Shown: in pieces, positions 13,864 to 26,300 of the stretch
How positions within the stretch are numbered: the first letter of the stretch is position 1
How the letters are laid out: every line of letters starts with the position of its first letter
Origin: Ascidiella aspersa
Taxonomy: Eukaryota
NCBI GenBank assembly: GCA_963924565.1
Contig: OZ004611.1
Coordinates: 23,436,001-23,500,000, forward strand
DNA length: 64,000 bases
Reading direction: 5' to 3'
Position numbers and translations under genes: made by a program
The notes under the pieces: generated by a model
Databases searched by the model: none
Told to the model about the DNA's origin: nothing
The model's input: the letters and a program-made list of their open reading frames with translations, nothing else

Positions 13864-16742
13864 TGTTACGCCAAACTATCCAGAACTCTACTTAACGGCC
13901 CGTCGGGTGCCCGAGCACTACACGAGGCGTATATTAGTGGTGTAATATAAGACGAAACAAGCGAACTTACATAAAGAATCATAAAACAATAAAATGACTT
14001 AATATATAAGCGGTCAATGACTAAAATCGGGCGTAAACAATGACGATCTTAAAAGCTCCTAATCCAAGCCTTGCCCAAACCTGACTATCCTTCTATCAAG
14101 TGTTCCCCAAACCACAAGTGTAACAAAAAGGTGTGATGGAAACGCATAGAAACAATAAGGCAAAAACAACATACAACAAACGTTAACTCATTTTGTGCAA
14201 CATCCCCCCTTCCTAATTTCGTTGCCCGCCTGGGAAACATTGCTAGCGGAAGGTTTCTATATCGAGGTAAAACGTGGTTAATTTTTAAACGCCTCGGTCT
14301 GATGGCAGGTATGGATGTGCCACGAGGAATCAGACCGGGGCTTGTGCTCCGCGTGGTTTGTGGGTTAGTGGGTGTTGAGGCGATCGTAAGGCGAAGTCCG
14401 ACGTCAGGTGCTGGCTCCATCATTGGGTCGTCGGTTTGCTTGGCCATGTTTTCATAAGAGTGCTTTAGGCCGCTTCTGGGTACTTTCTGGGGCCAACCGT
14501 TAATCGCTGGCCGGTCGTTAAAGATGCCACTTGTGCTGCTAGATCCCGTCCGCACTTCGCATGATTCCGTTCGTCGGCGTTCCTTGGGGCGTGTGTTACC
14601 CGTCACCTCTATCGTCGGATCAAGTCGATCATGGCTTCAAAAGTTATCCGTGAACACTTGGTACTTCGATACTCTTGTTCCAAGAGCGTTATTTGACAGC
14701 AATGGACGACGATCTCCAAATATCTTGCAACTTGGATTGCTTCGTCGAAAAGGACGTCTCGACTCCGCAGTCTTAAATGTACTGGGTCGAGAAGAGAAAC
14801 GATGCTGATGCCGAACGGCACTGCCTTTTTGCGATGAGAATCGCCGTGACGCTAGGCCTTCAGGGAGGTCATTTGAAACCTGGGCAAACATTCGGCATTG
14901 ATCAAGCCGAATATCAGCCACCTCCCGCCGTAACTCATCAATAATATTTGCCAAGAGCTTCATCTGGTTCTGCATTTCGAGGCAGACATTTGGAAGGCCT
15001 GGAGGGTCCATTAACTTGTTGTGCAAGGCGTTATTGCTTGCGTTGGCTTTGTTCGGTAGAGGCTGGCACGCAACGTTCGGGTGTACGACCATCTTTGCTG
15101 CTTTGATATAGTCGCGCTTTATAGTGACGTCTTTACCAATAGTTGCGCTGAGCGTCCTGTCGCTCAAGCCGCGCAACAAAACCATTCATTCTTTATTGCC
15201 TTATCTTTGCCGGCTGGGTAGGCTATATTTCCGAGGTTTTGTAAACTATAAACAAATTCCCTTGTACTTTCGTTTTTCATTTGGACCCTCTCTAACAATG
15301 CGTCACGTTTGTCGAAACAACTGTTTACGTCGTTGGCCGCTAAAGCACGTTCGATTATTGTAGTAGACGATAACTGATAAAGGCTAGATTCGCCATCGCT
15401 AATATCAAATAGGAAATCTTTGTCAAGACATGCTAATAACAAATGTTTTTTTACATGCTCGTTCGCTGTGATGCATTTGCAATAAGACTCAAAAACGGTT
15501 AAAAACGATTTAAAATCAGCCACCACCGATAAAAAGTTGGTGGCAACGTAAACGAAATCATGCCTGCGTGTAGCGCTCCTCCCCTCAACTGTAGGGCCCT
15601 GACGTGCTCGCCAATTTGTTACGCCAAACTATCCAGAACTCTACTTAACGGCCTGTTGGCTGCCCGAGTACTACACGAGACGTATATTAGTGTTGTAATA
15701 TAAGACGAAACAAGCGAACTTACACAAAGAATCATTAAACAATAAAATGACTTAATATATAAGCGGCCAATGACTAAATTCGGGCGTAAACAATGACGAT
15801 CTTAAAAGCTCCTAATCCCAGCCTTGCCCCAACCTGACTATCCTTTAAACAAGTGTTCCCAAAACCACAAGTGTAACGAAAAAGGTGTGATGGCTTCCAT
15901 AACGAAAGATAAAAAGGTGTTCACAGCAAACGTGATTAGTCTGTCCACGAAACAAAGAAATAAAGTTGTTTTCAGCACCTAGGGGACTGTTACTAAGAAG
16001 TTTATAGGTTAAAATAAAGTTAAAATTTACAACAAAGTTAAAATTTATTGATAAAGTCAAAATTTGTCAAATTATGGCTTTTGACAAAGTTTTTGTGTTT
16101 CTTGAGAGTAGTTTATGTAAATATCGTCGTGGAAGCATTGTAAATCAGGAACTGCGACACAATTAAACCATATTAACCCGTAAAAGCAGGAAAAATGTCA
16201 AAATGCCCACTTGGATCTGCAGTAACTTTTATCGCAAATTGTCTATTTTTTTTATTGGTTGTTACAAAACACTTCCTCTTCATAAACGTGGTCTTTTCGA
16301 AGATCAACAGTTTGAATTTTAGGAATAGCCTACTGAAATTCTGGAATACAAAAATGCCTAAGCAAGCTTAATCTATCGCCAAAAAAACGATGCACTTTTT
16401 AAAATCCATAATACACCTTGACTTTGCAACAAAATATCACGTTTGGGTCTGAAATCGACAAAATATTATGTTTGGGTAACTGGCATCAATTCAAGGAAGA
16501 ACTGTGGCCTCTACAAACAAGCAATTTCGTTAGGTTAAAATAAAGTTAAAATTTGATAAAAATAAAGTTAAAATTTTTTTTTTTAGGTTAAAATAAAAAT
16601 GGCCCTAGTGATTAGATAAAGTATATACATGTGAACGGTGAGATAGAGCGTGAAGAGGCAAGAAAAGTTAAGTGAGTGAAAACGCATAGAAACAATAAGG
16701 CAAAAACAACATACAACAAACGTTAACTCATTTTGTGCAACA
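13864..16742 (-). mobile_element. Non-autonomous Ty3/gypsy-type LTR retroelement (gag relic, pol missing)
   Basis: LTRs 13864-14202 and 15617-16742, both TG...CA; 4-bp TSD ATAG (13860-13863, 16743-16746); minus-strand PBS TGGCGAGCACGTCAGG next to the 5' LTR; PPT GGAAGGGGGA next to the 3' LTR; internal region only about 1.4 kb. Confidence 0.92.
14637..15562 (-). pseudogene. Frameshifted retrotransposon gag
   Basis: LPPTF..GGADFKSFLTVFESYC, QMKNESTREFVYSLQNL, coiled coil LANIIDELRREVADIRL and degenerate Zn knuckle CKIFGDRR, spread over frameshifted ORFs 15164-15526 and 14637-15185. Confidence 0.8.
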
Positions 16743-17350
16743 ATAGCACCTATCAAGAAGCGATAGGTTGGGAAGACCAGCCCATGAACTTTGTGAATTG
16801 CATCAGATATACTCGGAGTGTTTTATGGACCTGATTGAAAAACAAACATAGAAAGCGTCGGTAATGTATTTGCATAATTAAAACGGCCATTTCTAAACAG
16901 CATAGTTACAGGGCTGTTTTTGTAAGAAAGTTAAAAGTTTTGAAGAGATCCAACATATAATTTCTTCCCAATCGCTTTCAAATTGTTGACAACAAATATA
17001 TGCGATATAGTTTCAGTATTAAAAAATTGGACCCTAAGGACTATTAGTCCGGGAGCTAGCAGAGATTTAAATAGCATGTGGTAGTACAAAAGGTTTGACT
17101 ATTTAGAGCATAAAGGGCCCCACATGGACCCCAAAAGGCCGTTCCTAAGTTATGAATTTGGTGCGTATCAAAGTAACTCGCGACAAAATGTTGTTTGTTC
17201 GGGCCGATGTTCCGTCGATTCTAATCTTTCTTATCTTTCAGAATGTTTAGCACGGTGCCGCTGGCGGTTAGCAACCTAGAGTGACAAATAGGCCCCAAGG
17301 CGTTACTGAAATCTCGATTGCCCGCCTTCGAAAATCAAAACCGCTGAATC

Positions 17351-20300
17351 ATGCCGACGTCATCGCCGCCTTACGCCGCCTGGGCAGCAGTCCTCGTTCT
17401 CGTGACGTCACGATGCTGTCTCGGCATCAACGTCACGGAAAAGTTCGTCGCTGCCTCGTATCCCCGTTCCAGCGAGAACCGTTCGCCGAATCTCGGCATT
17501 GCGGGACTTTACATTTTTCCGAGGAGTAACTCTCAGAAGGTAAACCTTTCACGTGTGGATAACAAAGCGTAAAACACTTATACTCAATAATTTTGTGTTT
17601 TTTTATCTTTATGGAGAATAATGTGCACAAAAGACTGAAAACGAAAATCATTAAAACTGTTGGTTTCGTAGTGGAATATAGTTATCACCAAACGATAAAA
17701 AACAGAAGATAATTGGAAACTTTTGAGTAGTTTGCATCTGTAAGCTTTTGTAGGCTCCTACTTTTGCTTTTGTTATATAGTAATTACAGCAACAGCAAAA
17801 CACGTAGTCAACGTTTCGAGAGCTAAATTGAAAGCGATTTAGGAAAGATTTAAAACGAACAAACATTATTTATCTAACTTCACAAAGTTGTCATTCAATG
17901 GAAAATAATAACCCAGGGCCATTTGTCTGAACAATATACGTCCTCGACATAATTTTCACCAGAAAACATTTTGAGCGCTTTCATATTGGTGCCACATTTA
18001 GACAAGTTCAGAGAGGACATTACAATAACGACTTTGCGTAAATACTCCAGTGGTTCGCAACCGTTTTTTTTGTTCAATTGGTAAGCTTCTTGATAAAACT
18101 ATTTGTGAGCGATTAGAGACCATTATATCAAATGACATTTTTCCAAATGTTTTAAGTTAATTGTGTTGATCCAGTTCCATTTATAGTAATATTTCAGTAA
18201 AATGCTCAACGAAATTTCCAATTGGGGTGCCGAAATCTATTTATTTTTTTAGGGCTGCCCTAAGCCATAAAAGATTGAGAATCATTGATATACTACATCG
18301 TTCATTTAAAAACTCTTGTTTTCGAGTGAGTTGGCTAAACGAAACTTTGTTGCTCAGGTGAAGGATTTCTTTCAAAACAGCGGAGGCCTGTTTTTGTACA
18401 ACCAAGACAACTTCGAAGAGGTGGAAATCCAAGTGCCGTCGCGCGAAATTGAGTCGGGACGGAAAATAATCGAAATAGAGCGTCCCATTGAAGTGGTCGG
18501 CATTCCGCAGATGCAAGAAAGGTTGGGTGCTCGATTAATTAAGAGTTTTTGCTATTTGTAATGGCCGCTATGGGGTTGCTCAATAATAACTGATCGCGGC
18601 CGATACCCGATACCAAGGGATATAGTTTAGGTACTCAACTAAAACTAGGATGATACTGGTCACGCTACCAAATTGGTCTGTGCATTTTAGCCTTTTATGC
18701 GATCCAAATTCGAAAGATTAAACCTGAAAACGCTTTACATACACAACAAAAAACAAATAGACTTTCTAATTCAAATAGAATTTTCGGGTTATTATCTATA
18801 AAATTATAACCTTTGCACATATTATTTTGAACAATTTTGCTTATTTGGCCATGGTTAACGACTACGCTCGACACAAATATGCACCTGCATGCCCAAGGTC
18901 ATGTGTTCAAACCTCACGCGGATCATCCAAGTCTTAGGTAACAAAATGGATACTTATTTGCGTTAAAAGCAAATTGGCGTTTTATTTACCGCGCCTATAG
19001 CTGACGCAACTTTTTGCGTGGATCCATTGGTTCAATAAAATTTACTTAGCGGACAATTTTTTAAAGATAAACGTCCTTGCAATGAAAATAGCTTAAAGAA
19101 GTATCACAACAAAACACAATAAAACATACACAGAGTGGTGAAACCAAAGGCAAGTTTTGAGATGTTTTCATTGTTGCACTAAATTCCATTTACCTATTCT
19201 GGGTTGGATTCAAAACCTATATCGCTCGCGGACTCCCTAAAGTTGTTACATGCACCCTTATTGGCCCGCGAACCCCTCTTTGGTGACTCTATACTGTTTT
19301 TGCTGTTACTTTATACTGGTTTTGCCGTTTCTCGTGTCTACTTATTTAAGGCGTAGGGTCCTAGGTTTGCATATGGACGTAAGCAGGTAGATAAAAGATG
19401 GCGCACTGCTATATATTCGCGTTTTAGTTGATATTCGTTTGTTTCGCTTACTAACATATTTGTATAAATTGTATTTGCTTTAACTCCAATTGCTTGTTTT
19501 CTAGTCTAAAATACCTGTCTGAAGAAGTAGCCATGTATGAAAACGGCCACGACGTTGAATTGGTAACACCTTACACTTTTAAACTTAAAGCCTGCATTTG
19601 TGTTTGGCTCTCAGTGAGATTGTGGGCAAACGTACGAACCACACCTGCCAAGTGAGGAAGCCCTACACCTGCAAGAAAATCCTCCGCACGGCCTATCAAG
19701 GATACTGCCGGATGGGATTTTACAACAGGCCGTGCACGAGGTAAGGTCGACCGTTATTACTTTGATATTAGAATTTAGGCCAGGGCTATATGGAGTTGGA
19801 GTCAGGCTTGGGACTCGACAGGGTGGGTTTATTAGTATGGCGTCCGATGTGCGCTTACGCACTAGCAAGTTACGGAAAAGATGAGGCTGTAAGTTGTAAA
19901 GGTGGAACAGCATAAGGTGAAATATTTTCGACCAACGCATGGGGGGCAAAAAGTTTGAACTTTTTTGTTCAGCTTTTGCCATTGTATTAACTGTCTTAAA
20001 TATTTTTTTTTAAATTAACTGCTGAATACAAATAACAATGCTATAGCAAACCGTTTCGAGGAGCAACTGAATGACTGTTAACGCAATACTTAAAAAAACA
20101 TTTCAAAGAGCAACTGTCTAAAATTAGTAAAACTACATTAACGTATAGTAAATCTAATATTAACTATACAATACTACATCGTTTGTGATTTAACAGTGAC
20201 CTTCAATGACAAGTTGAAGGTGTGGCATGCCTGTGATCGACTGTTGTGGTACTACTCATAAATGCTTAAAACAAAACAAATTATTAGAAGTAAAAAAATT

Positions 20301-23300
20301 ATAAATGTTTGGGGGGCGATGGCCCCCCAGGCGCCCCTTGGCTACGCCCATGTTTTGTTTGTATTTCCGTGGAAAACCTAAGGCGTAATACAGTCGATAA
20401 ACTTTCGGTGCAACATTGCGCTTTCAGATTTCGAAATCAGTTGGTAGACGATACTTGCCACGCAACGTTCAACGAATGCTGCGAAAACTATGTGCTTGGC
20501 GCCAGTGGATTTTGTGAGCTCGAAGGATCAGGTGAGGCAAAAGAAAACGACGACTGAAATGCTCTTTCCTGGCTACCATACGCTGCAAAAATAAAAATAA
20601 ATAATGACAATTTAATAAACATTTTTTAACATAGGAGTAACGTCATTTGGCATCGGATCCAATCACGACATATTTTGTCCAACACATTTGGTTTAAGTAT
20701 CAGACATCCCTAAATGAATATTTTTTACCGTATGGAATACTTTTGGCAGAGGAAATAATAGAAGGAAATAATAGAAGGGTCAAAAATAGAGAAGAGTAAT
20801 TTTCAGTCTATAATTGACGAAAAATTAATAGAAGACGATTTGTGTAAGGGGTAAATAGGACTACCAATTTATCAAAATTTTATACGCCTAATATTTATTC
20901 CAAGGGGTTAAGTGTACAGCACAGCCTCAAGTCAAGAATAGTTTTAATCTCCTCACGTAAAATGATATGTTTCATATGCTGACGCTACCAGGCATCATAG
21001 TACCCTATAAACATAAGCTCTTTGGGTACTTATTTAATGTGAGGATATTTGTTCTTAGGTAGCGTATGCGGTCCTAGGGTGATCACGAACAGTTCCGGCG
21101 TCCTGACTTCGCCAGGCTACCCGAAAGAATACGGGGAGGACCTAGACTGTAGCTGGGTGATCCGAGGACCTCCGAGATCGCGAGTGATCATGCAATACGT
21201 GGACGTGAAAATTGAAGACGGATTGTGAGTTTTTACCACTTATGTTTGTTGTACATTCGCGCCTATGCGACAAACCTTCATCGGAGCTTTTGGACGCCCT
21301 GATGAACACGATTTAGATTTAGAGCAGAGTGGCCCTGGTATTGCTTTTCAGTAGTGGCCGGAGCAGTTAGTAAAATCACACCACAACCGTTGTTTTTATT
21401 CTTGACCACCATCTGCACAAGTAAAAATGTTCGAAGTATTTTAAATTAATGCGCTTAACAACAACTTATAACGAAAACAGTGCATTTGAATATTAGCTAT
21501 TACTCTGCAGGATTATAGTTCAGGAAAATATTATTTAAAAAAATATTAAAGCGTTGAGTCGCAAACCTTGAATAAAAAGTACTTCTAGTTGATAAAATTA
21601 TTTATTATTATTATTTACATTGGGATCTAAGCCTGTTCCAACACTTCTATTTGTCGATCTTATTATAAGATCGACAATTATCTTAGTAGCTGAACTAAGT
21701 TACAATTTCCAAATAAAACTACAAAGGTTATAAAGTGATCTAAAACAACTTTTTTTCCATCGAAGCAGAATATTATAGTTACGCAAATTTGCATCATTAG
21801 TTTTGCTTGGAATCGTAATTCGAATTGTTTAGTATTCTGCATTTGTTGAATAAAGTTGTTTTAGATCTTTTTTGCAACCTTTGTGGTTTTGTTTGAAAGT
21901 ACTAACTTAGTTAGACTAAGCTGAACCACTTTTGAAAGTAAGGAATCTCCCACAGACAATGAAGTTGGACTACTGAGATAATTTTTTAACTTAAATAAAA
22001 AAGAGATTTGGGCACGAGGACAGATGTCCCCGCTAAGGTAAGGTGACCGTCCGTTAAATATTAGGAAATTCCAAAACCAATTACACTTGTCGAAACCACG
22101 TTTCCAAGTGGCAGCAGCGATGTTGTCAACTTTTAATTGAATCCTAAATGTTTTGTCGCGGGTGTGTTGCGGCTTAATTACTGCTCTAGACATACGTTTG
22201 GACATTCAATGAGGAAAATTAAACAAAAAGAGGATTAGCCTGGTTTATTTTGGGATGCGGTGTCTCGTTAAGGGATGTTTACTTCGTAAACGTGACCATG
22301 TTTACCCACGGTTTACGAAATCGGTTTACGAATTTAAGCGTTCCAAAACATATAATTTATTTAGTGCAGCACATTATCGTGCATGCAGTAAAAGTTAATA
22401 TTGTGTAAAAAATAAGAAACGTATGTAAAAAATATAACGAAATTCGTCATAAACGTAAGAAATTGTATTTTGCCACCCTTGAAACTATAGTAATGGTTCT
22501 TAACCTTTATAGGGTCCTTTGTTCGTGGGTGGTAGTACATTTAAGTTAGGCTACTGTTTCTCTTTTGGTAAATTATGTCTGACCTATCTAACATATCAAT
22601 AAATATCTGTAGAATATCTAATAATAATTCGATTTTAAATAAACACAAAAAATATAGTACCTAATTTCAATCCCACCATAAAATTTACAACAAACTACCC
22701 CAGATAACCACAGGATAATAAGCGCTGCCAAGGCCCATCCTTTAACAAAAAACACCGCATGTACTTCAAGTCGACACATTTTAAACGTTAACACAATGCT
22801 ATTTACCCTCTGTTCGGCTTTGACGTTCTTACCACGTCTGACTACAACCTCCAGCCTTTATAATTTATTTAATGCACCTTAAGATTTATTCGAAACGTTT
22901 AAAATCCTATACCTACTTCTGCATGGGCTTTTATATTTATTCTACGTCCAACTGCAATCTTCACTCGTTATGCTCAAAAATGGAATGTATATACTTTTTC
23001 AAATAATTTATCGACTGTTTTATCGGATTTTAATCGCATCACTACGACGAAAGGCGAAGAAAAAAACAAATGATCCTTTAATTTTCGCTTCAGCGGAGTT
23101 TGCAACTATGGCGAGGGGCACTGTTACGACAACTGCCAGTTCGACTGGGTGCGCATATCCGGAGTGTCGGGAGCCTCAAAGCCGCGGACTCTATGTGGAA
23201 GCATCGTGCCAATGACTTGGTTTCGAAGCGTCTCGAACGAAGCGACCGTCTCGTTTCATTCTGACGACTCCAACGGCGGAAGGGGATTTAAGCTGGTTTT

Positions 23301-26300
23301 TAACATCGTCGCAGGTATAGATCGGCGTTTTGAGATGCATAATTTCAATGGTATGAGCTCGGGATGTCCGATAATATCAGATTGGAATCGATACCCGATG
23401 CTTTGTAGTAGTGATACTCGTCCGATACTAGGGTGGTATCGGGCCCGATCCGATATCAAATTAATACACGCATTTAAACATGATTTAACTTCCAACGCAA
23501 CGATTCAAATTTGAAAGGTAAATTTCTCACAAAAGTATATTAGGTATCGGGCATTCCTAGTATGAAGGTATAGTGAACTGCAATACCTACTGAAATCTTC
23601 GTTCATGGAGAACTCGCTTTGAATGCATAAATATTGTAAACTGTAATATGGGTTCGCCTAAAAACACAAGTTTTTTTGTTCAATTTTTATATTTTACCAG
23701 TCAATTTAAATGTCTTAAACGACACAATTGGGACTTGATATTGTTTAGTACACATTAATATTGTTTGTTTAACATTGACCATATTATTTTGTATAAAAAT
23801 TCGAATACCACATTTGAGGCAAGATACTACATAAAACAGTTGACTTATTAGAGCTCAAATTCACACGTTAAGAGATCTGTTTCCCCTTTCTCTCGCTACA
23901 ACACCAGTGAGCCATACGTTACTGTTTGTGTCGCTGACAAGAGATGCTTATTTTCACCAGAAAACGACATCATTCCTCTGAGGAGCTGCACACTCGGCCG
24001 GGTCTGGAGGCTGTGCCATCGCGAGTGCGCCCTGACCTGCGATTCCTTGGCGCCGAGCCGATTCGGAACCTGGAACATTTGCACTAAAAGTGCGGTAGGC
24101 TCCGTGGCACCGCTGGTCTTCTCGCATTTATCTGTCTGTCTGTATATGCTTGCAGCTAGTGCACGCTTAAATTCCGAGAGGCAATAATGATCGTTTTTTT
24201 TTCGAGATCGGTTTTCTTGTAAGGGGTAAAAAGGTAGCCTGCCTAATTCGTTTGACGATGGATAAAACAGGACAAATGAGACAATATTCACGGCGTAATG
24301 CATAACAAGGCATTTTCGACATTATAATTGTCTAGAGCGATAAAAGGATACTGCTTTTTGAGTGAACATTTGATCGACTTAACTGCAGGGCCTTTCTGTT
24401 TATCAGTGTGCTTTATTTTAGCTAGCATTCCTAAAATCATGGCTTCACTGCCTTTTACGAACTAAAAGCGCAGAAACGCATAGAAAAATTAAAAAATTGC
24501 AGATTTTTGTTTCTTCGGGTTAAATATGCTACTTAACCTTAAGCTGGCTGATTTAAACTCTTAAGCTTTCGCGCCTACAGCTTTTGTATAGCTTTTTACG
24601 CAAACGTTGCGCTGTATTGGTAACTCGACACTTAGTTCGGGATGTTATGACGTAATAGGTGACGGCACGAACCATCTTGTAGATGCCTCGCAGATGTCTG
24701 ACGTCACGTGCGTGCCGGGATGCGTCTGTCCCGACGAACGACCCATTTGGCATCAAAACAAGTGCATCAAAATGGAGGACTGTCAACGTAAGTGGTGGTT
24801 ACGTACTGTGGCATGAATTGGCGTACGGTTATTTCTCGACTCGCTCCTCTCTGAGCCTGCATAGCTCAGTTGGTAGAGCGACGGTCACGGTAAGGCCGGA
24901 GGTCGTGAGTTCGAGGATCACTAATGGTTGTTTTTCTGGCATGCCTTACGTGCATTTATCGACAGATTTGGTGAGTCTGACATGGCTTTTCGGTGTACTA
25001 AGATACGCAAGCCGTAATCGTTGGCTAACTAGCAACTTCAGGAGGGCTAGTTGACAGTTGCTGAACACATATGTGTATTAAGTGTAAGTTTTCAGATATC
25101 CGTTCAGCGGCGTAATCGGTGTTCTTTCCAAAAAAAAAAATGAATTCAAAATTCGAAACACTGCGAATAACTATAGAAATGTAGGAAAATCAAAATATAC
25201 GAAAAACTACATATTGTGGCCACATAGTATCTCCTTGTTTTGTGTATTTGTATGAGTTTGTGCATTTTGTCCTGTTTTGGAGAAAATTTTGCTGCGCACG
25301 TCGGTTGCGGAACAGTTGCGGATGCTTTAGTGTGCATAAACGATTGTGCCAACGGATAAATGAACAAAAATATGAATCTATAAGAACAAAAGCTTTTCAG
25401 GCACCCTTGAGCATTAGAAGCGTTGATAAATTACCTAACAAAATCTATATAAAGCAAACTATAAAAGTAAAACTTTTATTGCAGGTTCGAGATTTAAGTG
25501 CGGGATACCGTTGGATCAACCGTCACCAAAGATTATCGGTAGGTTTTTGTAATCTGAGTAAAATTAGGGATATCTTATTATCCAACGCGAAATATTGCGG
25601 TCTGATGTGCCAAGGAACTATAATGCGCTGTTTGGCAAAAAAAATACTGTACCCACTGTTTGTGTCAATTGTCTTCCAAGAACCTTACCATCATACTAAC
25701 GTTTGTTGAGCCTTATTCGTCCGATATTATCCCTCAAAAAAGTTGTTTTAATGTAAATAAACTGCAATCGGCGACCCTACTTGGTTATGCCCTTAACGCA
25801 TATAGCTAGGGCTCTATAGCTCATTTTGTGAAACAATAGCTACGAATCTTGCTGAAGATTGTATTTTCGGTCATTGTTTTGTTTTAAAAATCGTAGTTGA
25901 ATGATTAAAGGTCAAAAAGATAAGATTAGCTTGATTATGCATTGAAATGTGTAAAAGGTCGAGTAGACCGACGTCATCATAAATTAGATGTTTCGATACG
26001 AACCTGTATCATCTTCATTTAATGTGACTGAGCAGTAAATCAACGCCTTACTGAAGATGACACAACTTCGTGTCGAAACGTCTTAATTAAGATGATGTCG
26101 ATCTATACTAGACATTTTTGGCTTTGCAATTCATTTTATCAAGCTACATTACAGATCCGTGCACATAGTGTAACCAAAGTAAGATTATTATATTTAGGCA
26201 AATGTGCAAGGATGCTCAGTAAACCTCCGATGTTTATCTCCGATATCCAGTACAGTTATTACCGTCTTCCCAATGCGCCGCTGTACACTCATCAGACGCT

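Larger units (their letters stand above)
12837..17101 (+). mobile_element. Probable degenerate hAT (Buster/Charlie-like) element hosting the LTR element
   Basis: 5' end CAGTGATTCTCAAA preceded by TTTTAGAG; degenerate 3' end aaaaggtttgact followed by ATTTAGAG; faint transposase-N-terminus-like translation at 16750-16940. Confidence 0.4.

Noticed and set aside
24855-24930. Functional tRNA-Thr(GGT)
   Set aside because: Acceptor stem unpaired, T-stem mismatch, atypical anticodon loop; better explained as a SINE head.
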